A DNA stretch of 64,000 bases from Bacillota bacterium (GTDB taxonomy: Bacteria; Bacillota; Ch66; Ch109): the NCBI GenBank assembly GCA_050952625.1, contig JBMNLH010000002.1:98990-162989 (forward strand), read 5' to 3'. Position numbers and translations under genes: made by a program. Shown here piece after piece: positions 40,143 to 48,495 of this stretch (positions are counted from its first letter, which is position 1; every line of letters begins with the position of its first letter). The notes below the pieces were generated by a model. That model saw only the letters and a program-made list of their open reading frames with translations, made no database searches and had not been told where the DNA came from.

Positions 40143-41030
40143 CTAGATGTCCAAGAATTTGTAGATCGACAGAAGCGTTCCGGTAGTTCCCAGGAACAAT
40201 CCGGTTACCAGTAAGCCGGCAAAAACATGTAATAAGGTTCTAGGGTCGCTGATGAGCGGAATAAAGGCGAGAGCGGTTTTCAGGTTGTTCACCAAAATCA
40301 AATAAGAACCGCTCAAGGCACCAACCGCCACAATTGCGCCAATTAAACCGAGAAAAAGTCCTTCGATTAAAAAGGGCCAGCGGATAAACCAGTCAGTGGC
40401 TCCGACCAGCTTCATAATTTCAATTTCTTTGCGCCGGGTGTTCATGGTTAAGCGAATAGTCGTCGCAATCACAAAGACCGCGGTTAAGGCTAAAAAGCCC
40501 ATAATAATTACAGCGACCATTTTAATCCAATATGTAACCGAAAACAGCTTCTCCACAACCCCCTGCCCGTAGCGCACTTTTTCGAAAACCGGCCATTTCT
40601 CCAGTTCCTGAGCAATCAAAATCACTTCCTGCGGGTCATTGGCTTTTAATTTATAGGCATCTGGCAGGGGATTGATCCCTTTAAGGGCCCCCACCAAGTC
40701 ATTTTCTGGGCCAAACTTTTCTTTTAGTTCCTCTAAGGCCTCCTCCTTTGATACGAACACTACCTCAGCCAGGCCGGGCAGGGTGGTAAGCCTCTTTTCT
40801 AGGTCCGCTGTTTCCTCGGCTGAGGCATTTTCATCTACATAAGCGATAATTTCCACGTCTGACTCGATACTTGATACCAGCTTATTAGTGTTTAACACGA
40901 CCAGCAGGGCCGTTCCGAGCACCATTAAACAAATAGCCATTGTAATGATAGAAGCAATACTCATCCAGCCATTGCGCCGCAAGGAAGCCGTTGCCTGTTT
41001 TAAAAAAAGTCCAATAGTCCTAGGCTTCAT
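40143..41030 (-). CDS. ftsX: cell division permease FtsX
   Basis: NPLP, RR.EIEIMKLVGAT.WFIR.PF..EG motifs. Confidence 0.96.
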   Translation of the reverse strand: MKPRTIGLFLKQATASLRRNGWMSIASIITMAICLMVLGTALLVVLNTNKLVSSIESDVEIIAYVDENASAEETADLEKRLTTLPGLAEVVFVSKEEALEELKEKFGPENDLVGALKGINPLPDAYKLKANDPQEVILIAQELEKWPVFEKVRYGQGVVEKLFSVTYWIKMVAVIIMGFLALTAVFVIATTIRLTMNTRRKEIEIMKLVGATDWFIRWPFLIEGLFLGLIGAIVAVGALSGSYLILVNNLKTALAFIPLISDPRTLLHVFAGLLVTGLFLGTTGTLLSIYKFLDI

Positions 41031-41706
41031 TGATATAGCTGCCTCGCTTTTCATCCCGAATCAGGCGTCCATTCTCAATTTCAATTACCCGGCGGCGCAT
41101 TTTGTCAACAATATCAATCGCATGAGTCGCCATTACCACAGTTGTCCCCCTCTTATTAATCTCGCTTAGGAGCTTCATGATTTCCCAGGATGTGTCTGCG
41201 TCAAGATTACCGGTGGGTTCGTCTGCAAGTAAAATTCTCGGTCGATTAATGATGGCCCGGGCGATTCCCACCCGCTGTTGCTCTCCACCGGACAACCGAT
41301 CCGGCAGGACCGGCCCCTTACCCTGCAAACCAACCAACCGCAAGACTTCTTCTACTCGGCCGGGGATCTCCCGCGGAGATGTTTCGACTACCCGCAAAGC
41401 AAAAGCAATATTCTCAAAAACCGTATAGTTGGGCAGAAGCCGGAAATCCTGAAAAACCATCCCTAGATTGCGCCGCAAAAACGGGATGTCCCGGCGTTTC
41501 ATCCGGACCAGGCTTTTACCTGCCACAAAAATTTGTCCCCGGGAGGGCAGTTCCTCCCGCAGCAGCAGCTTCATAAAACTCGACTTACCAGCCCCGCTGG
41601 CTCCAACCAAAAAGACAAAATCCCCTTTTTCAATCTTTAGACTGACATCAACCAGAGCACGATTGCCGCCTGAATAGACTTTAGTTACGTTATACATCTG
41701 GATCAA
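41020..41706 (-). CDS. ftsE: cell division ATPase FtsE
   Basis: [24 protein letters not shown] and ADEPTGNLD motifs. Confidence 0.97.
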   Translation of the reverse strand: MIQMYNVTKVYSGGNRALVDVSLKIEKGDFVFLVGASGAGKSSFMKLLLREELPSRGQIFVAGKSLVRMKRRDIPFLRRNLGMVFQDFRLLPNYTVFENIAFALRVVETSPREIPGRVEEVLRLVGLQGKGPVLPDRLSGGEQQRVGIARAIINRPRILLADEPTGNLDADTSWEIMKLLSEINKRGTTVVMATHAIDIVDKMRRRVIEIENGRLIRDEKRGSYINEA

Positions 41707-41851
41707 GGTAAAACCACCTCTTAGAGTCTACGTTGGACCTGCACATTCAGATACGGGTACATTCAATCTCCCTAAGATTAATTAATGTTAACTTTAGCAC
41801 CGGTACCAGTATTAAATCCCAGACGAGGAAAAACAAAAAAAACAAAAAAAG

Positions 41852-41871
41852 AAAAACCCCAACAAGGGGTT
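41852..41871 (-). terminator. terminator after transketolase
   Basis: Minus strand reads AACCCC-TTGTT-GGGGTTTTTCTTTTTT. Confidence 0.65.
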
Positions 41872-41968
41872 GTTCGACATGAACATTAATTTTCCTTTTT
41901 TAAAAAAGAAAATGTTAGTTATTCCCACGATTTTTTTATTACACACCATCAACAACGGCGCGATTTGG

Positions 41969-42916
41969 CTAGCCTTTTCGTTTGATAACCTCTCGGACCG
42001 CTTCTGCTAAATGTCTTGCCGTTAGGCCATATTTTTCTAACAGCTGGCGGGGTTCGCCTGATTCACCAAAACAGTCCGGCACTCCTACCCGATGCATGGG
42101 TACCGGATACTCTTCCACTAGCACCTCAGCCACGGCACTGCCCAGACCCCCAATAACGCTGTGTTCTTCAGCAGTTACGATGGCCCCGGTTTCCCGGGCC
42201 GCTTTGATTACCGCCGCCTTGTCCAGCGGCTTCACGGTATGCATATTGACAACTCGGACCAACTGACCCTCCTGAGCTAAAAGCTCGGCCGCCTGCAGGG
42301 CTTCTGACACCATCAGACCATTAGCGATGATGGTCGCTGCCGAACCCTCGCGCAGCTGGACCGCTTCGCCGATCGTAAAGGGACAGTCTTCCACATAAAC
42401 CGTTGGCACCGCCAGCCGTCCCAGACGAAGATAAGCCGGTCCCTCCCAGGTCAATAAGGCCTCCACAGCCTTTTCAGTTTCCCGGGCATCAGCCGGGACA
42501 ATTACCGTCATCTGAGGCAGTACCCGCATCAGGGCTACATCCTCAATGGACTGGTGGGAGCCCCCGTCCTCGCCAACGCTGATCCCGGCGTGCGTGGCCG
42601 CAATCCGGACCGGCAGGCCGGTGTAGGCAATGGAATTACGTATCTGATCAAAGGCTCGCCCCGTGGCGAAAACGGCAAAGGTACTGGCAAAGGGAATTTT
42701 TCCGGCTAGAGCTAGGCCAGCCGCGGTCCCCATCAGATTTTGTTCCGCTACCCCTACCTGAAAGAATCTTTCTGGAAATACCTTAGCAAATTCTGCGGTC
42801 TTAGTAGATTTCGATAAATCAGCATCCAAAACGACTAAATTAGGGTGAATAGCCCCCTGACGCACTAGGGCTTTCCCATAGGCATCCCGCGTCGCTACCT
42901 TAACCTTATCGGCCAT
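41969..42916 (-). CDS. transketolase, C-terminal subunit
   Basis: DADLSKST, GVAEQN, GEDGGSHQ and EEHS..GGLG motifs. Confidence 0.95.
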   Translation of the reverse strand: MADKVKVATRDAYGKALVRQGAIHPNLVVLDADLSKSTKTAEFAKVFPERFFQVGVAEQNLMGTAAGLALAGKIPFASTFAVFATGRAFDQIRNSIAYTGLPVRIAATHAGISVGEDGGSHQSIEDVALMRVLPQMTVIVPADARETEKAVEALLTWEGPAYLRLGRLAVPTVYVEDCPFTIGEAVQLREGSAATIIANGLMVSEALQAAELLAQEGQLVRVVNMHTVKPLDKAAVIKAARETGAIVTAEEHSVIGGLGSAVAEVLVEEYPVPMHRVGVPDCFGESGEPRQLLEKYGLTARHLAEAVREVIKRKG

Positions 42917-43769
42917 CGGAAACCACCTCCAATTCAGCCAGTGCCTGCGCTACCTGTTCTTGATTCGGCGCGGTGCCGTGCCAGCCCACTTGGTTCTCCA
43001 TAAAGGAAACCCCTTTCCCCTTAATGGTATGGGCGACAATCAAACTAGGCTGGCCCTTGGTTCGCCGGGCCTGCTCAAATGCCCCAAGAATCTGCAAAAA
43101 ATCGTGCCCATCAATTTCCTGAACCGCCCAGCCAAAGGCCTGCCAGCGGCCGGCTACCGGTTCTGGACACATGACCTCTTTAACCGGGCCATCGATCTGC
43201 AAACCATTATAATCAAGAATCGCGACCAGATTATCCAGCCGATAATGCGCCGCTAACATGGCTGCTTCCCAGATCTGACCTTCTTCACTTTCACCATCAC
43301 CAATCAATACGTAAACCCGATAGTTTCGCTGGTCCAGCCGACCGGCCAGGGCCAGCCCATTAGCTGCCGACAAGCCTTGCCCCAGAGAGCCGGTAGACAT
43401 CTCCACCCCCGGCACCTTACGGAGATCTGGATGACCTTGCAGGCGTGCTCCGAGCTTCCGCAGGGTGAGTAATTCCTCTACCGGAAAAAAGCCCCGTTCC
43501 GCTAGTGCTGCATACAGCACTGGGGCTGCATGTCCCTTGCTTAGGATAAACCGGTCCCGCTCCGGCCAGGCCGGATTTTCCGGGGCCAGCCTCAACTCCT
43601 GAAAGTATAAAGCCGTTACCAGATCAGCCGCGGATAAAGAACCCCCGGGATGACCCGAACCGGCTTCCCCTATCATCCGAATTATATGCCTTCTTATTAG
43701 ACGGGCTTTTTCCCGAAGGAAGTCTAAATTGACCGACTGCTGTTCGTTCCCTAATTGCCTGTCTGCCAC
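42906..43769 (-). CDS. transketolase, N-terminal subunit
   Basis: GHPGGSLS, SKGH, LQGHP and GDGE..EG..WEA motifs. Confidence 0.95.
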   Translation of the reverse strand: MADRQLGNEQQSVNLDFLREKARLIRRHIIRMIGEAGSGHPGGSLSAADLVTALYFQELRLAPENPAWPERDRFILSKGHAAPVLYAALAERGFFPVEELLTLRKLGARLQGHPDLRKVPGVEMSTGSLGQGLSAANGLALAGRLDQRNYRVYVLIGDGESEEGQIWEAAMLAAHYRLDNLVAILDYNGLQIDGPVKEVMCPEPVAGRWQAFGWAVQEIDGHDFLQILGAFEQARRTKGQPSLIVAHTIKGKGVSFMENQVGWHGTAPNQEQVAQALAELEVVSDGR

Positions 43770-43837
43770 TTGAGATGTTTCAACCTGGTTTCTCTAACAC
43801 AATCAAAATCTAGTAGACTAGACCATATAATGTTTTT

Positions 43838-44020
43838 CACTCGTTCGACTAACGAGCGGCAAGCCTCACCGGCTTCAGCTACTTGAGCCACCAGCTCTCG
43901 CCGATGCTTCGGTAGTTTAAACCGCCGCTTGGCATTCGGCCCGAAGGGGGGGGGTTACCCACCGCTCAGGTCATTCTATCCGCGTCCGTCTTTCCCGGCG
44001 GTTCCAAGCAACGCGGAAAA
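43838..44020 (-). ncRNA. candidate structured non-coding RNA upstream of transketolase
   Basis: C(UUCG)G and GUAA-capped hairpins, 8-bp and 6-bp long-range complements, and no credible ORF. Confidence 0.5.
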
Positions 44021-44181
44021 CTTTATAACTTTATACTTTATAGCTATATCAACCTTAAACTTTATAGCTATATATAGTAGCTCTTTAGTAGCTCTTTTCG
44101 GTAATGATGCCAAGAAACCAGGCTCGCACCACCTTTCTGTTTGATTTTTGAGGTTATGGTTTTACATATTAAGATATTTTT

Positions 44182-45075
44182 CTAAAAACGCCGCCGCTTA
44201 AACCCTTCTCCCAGTACCTCATGGACATTAGTGACAATAACAAACGCCTTGGGATCAACCTGATAGATTACGTCTTTAAGACGGGTTTCTTCGGCCCGAG
44301 AAACCACACAGAAGATCACCTCTTGATCCCGTCCGGTAAATTGTCCTCTCCCCTTTAAGGCGGTTGCGCCCCGGTCCAACTCGCGAAAGATGGCCTGCGT
44401 AATTTCTGCGGGGTGCTGGGAGATGATAAAAGCCCCCTTGGCGTGACTGACACCCTCCTGAACCAGATCAATAACCTGACTTGTCACAAACAAAGACAAA
44501 AGCGCATACATGGCCAGTTCAGCATTAAAGAGAATCCCCGCCCCGGCAATCACCAAAAAATCAATCCCCAGCAAGGCCTGTCCCAGGCTGATTTTTAAGT
44601 ATTTATTGATTAGTCGGGCCGCCAGGTCAGTTCCTCCGGTGGATCCTTTAAACCGAAAACACAGACCTAAGCCAATCCCAGCCAGGACACCGCCGTAGAT
44701 CGTCGCCAAAAGCAAATCCTGGGTCAGTACCGGCACGCGAGGAGTCATTACATCAACAAAAAGAGAGAGGGTCAGTGTGCCATACAGGGTTCTCAGACCA
44801 AACCCCAAGCCTAGCTCTCTCAGACTAAGTAAAAACAAGGGGATATTAAAAGCCAGCATGATTATGCCAACTGGCAAGCTAAAAAGGTGATGCGCAATAA
44901 CCGCGATACCGCTTACCCCGCCGGCGGCAATTTTATTTGGCACCTGAAAGGAAACCAGGCTCACCGCTGTCACCAGGGAACCTAGGCTGATCCCTAAATA
45001 ATCAATTAAACCTCGCACCCATCTCTGTCGTCTTAGATGTTCAATCTGTTTAAATAAACGCGTATCTCCAACCAA
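44182..45075 (-). CDS. YitT family membrane protein
   Basis: AGGVSG, STGGTD, RGAT...G.G, DP.AF....V.EVLGEGF motifs. Confidence 0.92.
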   Translation of the reverse strand: MVGDTRLFKQIEHLRRQRWVRGLIDYLGISLGSLVTAVSLVSFQVPNKIAAGGVSGIAVIAHHLFSLPVGIIMLAFNIPLFLLSLRELGLGFGLRTLYGTLTLSLFVDVMTPRVPVLTQDLLLATIYGGVLAGIGLGLCFRFKGSTGGTDLAARLINKYLKISLGQALLGIDFLVIAGAGILFNAELAMYALLSLFVTSQVIDLVQEGVSHAKGAFIISQHPAEITQAIFRELDRGATALKGRGQFTGRDQEVIFCVVSRAEETRLKDVIYQVDPKAFVIVTNVHEVLGEGFKRRRF

Positions 45076-45193
45076 CTACCATCTCCCACCGACATCTAGT
45101 AATCTGCCCGTCTTCTAAGCGGCCCTGATTTGTCAACTTCAACAATATTTTGTCACATTTGCCCGATATTTACCACTATAAAATCAATAGAGC

Positions 45194-45214
45194 AACCCGG
45201 GCTCAGCCCGGGTT
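45194..45214 (-). terminator. hairpin after prfB
   Basis: AACCCGGGCT-C-AGCCCGGGTT. Confidence 0.55.
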
Positions 45215-45306
45215 CTGAAAATTAACGCCAGATTATTCACTAGATCTTTCACTTTTACCTGTATCAAGGATTCCCCATCTACACTATCCCAATTGAGACT
45301 CTCCCT

Positions 45307-46420
45307 TTAGAATTCTCGCCGGGCGTACCTTTGAAGATAGGCATAAATGAACGGATCCAGATCCCCATCCATTACTCCCTGAACATTGCCGGCTTCGACA
45401 TTAGTTCGGTGATCCTTAACCAGGCTAAATGGATTAAAGGTATACGAACGGATCTGACTGCCCCAGGCTATCTCCTGGTACTCACCTCGGAGCTCAGCCA
45501 TGGCCTCCTCTTTTTTTCGCTGTTTCAGTTCAAAAAGTCGAGATTGCAGAATCTTCATCGCTAGAATCCGATTCATCTGTTGCGATCGCTCATTCTGGCA
45601 ATGGACCACAATCCCAGTCGGCAGGTGAGTAATGCGCACTGCTGAATCTGTTTTATTGACATGCTGTCCACCCGCCCCACCCGAACGGTAGGTATCGATG
45701 CGCAAATCATTGGGATCAATTTCAACTTCAACCGTTTCTGACACTTCAGGCAGGACTTCGACCGCGGCAAATGAGGTATGCCGCCGACCTGAGGAATCAA
45801 ATGGGGAAACTCGCACTAAACGGTGAACCCCTTTTTCTGACTTAAGGTATCCGTAAGCATTTTCCCCACTAATCAGCAATGTGACGCTTTTTAGCCCGGC
45901 TTCTTCTCCCGGCTGTAAGTCCATAATCTCCACCCGATAATTGTGTTCCTCAGCCCATCGGGTGTACATTCGCAGCAATAACTCTACCCAATCCTGTGCA
46001 TCTGTTCCGCCAGCCCCGGCGTGCAGGGCCACAATCGCATTTTTGTTATCATATGGTCCGGATAACAGAACCTCCAATTCGCCTCGCTCCAGGTCTTTTT
46101 CCAGATACTTTAAACTCCGGATGATTTCTCGAGTTAAAGATTCATCCGCCTCGGTCTCATCAAGACATAATTCCCATAAATCACGCAGATCCTGATAACG
46201 CTTCTGAAGTTCCTCAAACAGCTCAATCCGGCTCTTTAAGGAGGTGATAGATTGCAGAACCCGCTGCGCTTCTTCCCGTTCTTCCCAAAAACTCGGCTCC
46301 AAGGTCTCTTGCTCCAGCTTGGCAATCTGCTGCCGGCAGTTCTCTACGTCAAAGAGAAACCCTCAATTCTGCTAGGCGTTTCTCCAGATTAATAAAATCC
46401 CTCCGTAATTCAAGTAACAA
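45307..46420 (-). CDS. prfB: peptide chain release factor 2 with a programmed +1 frameshift
   Basis: SPF and GGQ motifs; 23-codon first frame from TTG 46420 ending AGGGTTTCT-CTT-TGA-C (46354-46348). Confidence 0.97.
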
Positions 46421-46436
46421 TTATATCTCCCCTAAT

Positions 46437-46628
46437 TTAGATGTTAGACGTTAGACGTTAGATGTTAGATGTTAGAAGTAAGGTGTTAGACGAGGGGTTA
46501 CCGGTTACTAACCTCACGTTTAATGTTTGACGTTTAATGTTTGACGGTTAACGTTCGACGTTTTTCATTTTGTGTTTCCCACCGCACACCTCACGCCTCA
46601 CGCCTTACACTTCACTTCTTACGCCTCT
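46437..46628. repeat. composite heptamer array (TTAGAYG)n...(TTTRAYG)n...(CCTCACG)n
   Basis: Period-7 runs between motB and prfB. Confidence 0.85.
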
Positions 46629-47340
46629 AATGCGGCTCGACTACTGCGTGCTCACTCTTCATTATTACAATATCTACGCGTCGATTCAGTGCCCGGCCGG
46701 CCTCCGAGTTGTTATCCGCAATCGGCCGGTATTCACCGTAGCCGCTCTCTGATAGACGGGCCGGATTAAGGTCGGCTTCCCGAACTAAAAACCGCAAAAC
46801 ATTAGTCGCTCGCATGGCTGACAACTCCCAATTAGAGGGAAACTGAGCATTATTAATCGGCAAATTGTCCGTATGCCCCTCAATCCGAATATAATTACTA
46901 ATCGGTGCCAAGCTCACGCCAACCTTACGCATGATGTCCTGCGCCTGGGGAGTTAACTCCGCCCGTCCGCTCTCGAATAACACAGTATCGCTGAGGCTGA
47001 TTACCAGTCCCCGCTCCTGTTGGTAGAGTTGAATATTTGCTCCCAGGTTATTCTGATCAATATACTCCTGCAATTGCTGACGAATAGTTTCCATTTGCAA
47101 CTGTTCCCCGGACATCCCCTCAATAATCGAAGGCCCTGGGTAGTCAAGAATCTCCGGGCCTCGGCCGCTTAAAGCACTCATTAATGAAGCCGCAACCTGT
47201 TCAAACTTTTTCGCATCCACCATACTCATTGAGTACATAACGATAAAAAATATCAACAGCAGGGTAATCAGGTCAGCATAGGTGATCAACCAGCGATCCC
47301 GGTTGCCATGATCTTCTTGTCGATTCTTTTTTTTTATCAC
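46627..47340 (-). CDS. motB: flagellar stator MotB
   Basis: WLITYADLITLL plug, EGHTD, NWELS..RA and NRRV motifs. Confidence 0.96.
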   Translation of the reverse strand: MIKKKNRQEDHGNRDRWLITYADLITLLLIFFIVMYSMSMVDAKKFEQVAASLMSALSGRGPEILDYPGPSIIEGMSGEQLQMETIRQQLQEYIDQNNLGANIQLYQQERGLVISLSDTVLFESGRAELTPQAQDIMRKVGVSLAPISNYIRIEGHTDNLPINNAQFPSNWELSAMRATNVLRFLVREADLNPARLSESGYGEYRPIADNNSEAGRALNRRVDIVIMKSEHAVVEPH

Positions 47341-47410
47341 CTTTTTCTCACCGACCTTTCATGCTTTTCGGTAAATTTAAAATGGGTTTGCTGTTCTGAG
47401 CGACTGACTG

Positions 47411-48193
47411 CTACTGCTCTTCCGGCTTACCTAACAAGGCTTGTCTGGTTTCCGGATCCAGGAAGACAAGCAGCTTTTCCCGAATGATCGTGGGGTTCTC
47501 CCCAGCTTGAATAGACAGAACCCCTTCCATAATCATTTCCTTGATTAACTCTTCTTTTTTACTCTTATTCTTTAATTTACTAGCTATCGGCAGCCAAATC
47601 AAGTTAGCTGAGCCAACACCATATAAAGTAGCGAGAAAGGCTAAGGCAATGGCCGGGCCAAGCGAACTCGGGTCGGATATACTACCCAAGACATGCACCA
47701 AACCCATGACGGTGCCAATGATCCCCATTGTCGGGGCGTAGCCCCCGGCTGCTTCAAATATCCCAATCCCTACTTTATGACGTTCAGACACCGCATACAT
47801 CTCAGTCTCCAACATGTTTCGGGTTAATTCCGGGTCAGTTCCGTCAATGATTAACTGCAGTCCCTGCCGCAAAAAGCGGTCTCCTACTTCCGGCAGTTCC
47901 TGCTCCAGACTAAGCAAGCCCTCTCGTCTGGCCTTATCCGCAATCCCGGCTACTTGTTGGATTAACCCCATGATATCAACCTTTTGCTCAGTGAAGGCGA
48001 TCTTCAACAAGCGCGGAAAAGTTTTGATTTCCGATACGCTATAACCGGCCGCGGTGGCCCCAATGGTTCCGCCAAATACGATCATCGCGGCAGTCGGACT
48101 TAGCAGTGATAAAATATGACCCCCGTCTAAGACAAATGCGGTTACCAGAAACGCGACCCCTGAAAAAATCCCTACCCAAGTGGTTATATCCAT
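47411..48193 (-). CDS. motA: flagellar stator MotA
   Basis: ARREGLLSLE, APTMGIIGTVMGL and ATLYG motifs. Confidence 0.96.
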   Translation of the reverse strand: MDITTWVGIFSGVAFLVTAFVLDGGHILSLLSPTAAMIVFGGTIGATAAGYSVSEIKTFPRLLKIAFTEQKVDIMGLIQQVAGIADKARREGLLSLEQELPEVGDRFLRQGLQLIIDGTDPELTRNMLETEMYAVSERHKVGIGIFEAAGGYAPTMGIIGTVMGLVHVLGSISDPSSLGPAIALAFLATLYGVGSANLIWLPIASKLKNKSKKEELIKEMIMEGVLSIQAGENPTIIREKLLVFLDPETRQALLGKPEEQ

Positions 48194-48211
48194 CTGTTTG
48201 GCTCCTATCTG

Positions 48212-48340
48212 TCTAGATGTTAGATATTAGATATTAGATGTTAGACGTTAGATGAAATGTTTGGCGCAAGCGATTAGGTGTTAGATATTTCACCGCTTCC
48301 TCCTGCCCTTACATCTCACGTTTTATGTTTTTACGTCTTA
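48212..48340. repeat. composite heptamer array (TTAGAYR)n...(CCTTACA/TCTCACG/TTTTAYG)n
   Basis: Period-7 runs in the motA leader. Confidence 0.85.
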
Positions 48341-48369
48341 ACCACAATATAAAAATACTCATAGTTTAT

Positions 48370-48397
48370 ATATCGGGTAGTGAAGTTATTTAGTTTA
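48370..48397 (-). promoter_or_regulatory. sigma-D (sigma-28) promoter of motAB
   Basis: TAAA-N16-CCCGATAT. Confidence 0.55.
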
Positions 48398-48495
48398 GCT
48401 TTTTTAGCACAAAATGCGATATGATAGATGCCTGTAATACGATTTTTTCCCATTAGCGGTTGGCGGTTGAGTCATCTTAAATGAGTCTTCTCCTA

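Noticed and set aside
43929-44144. 71-aa plus-strand ORF over the candidate RNA
   Set aside because: No RBS, low-complexity translation, and opposite to the strand of the flanking genes.
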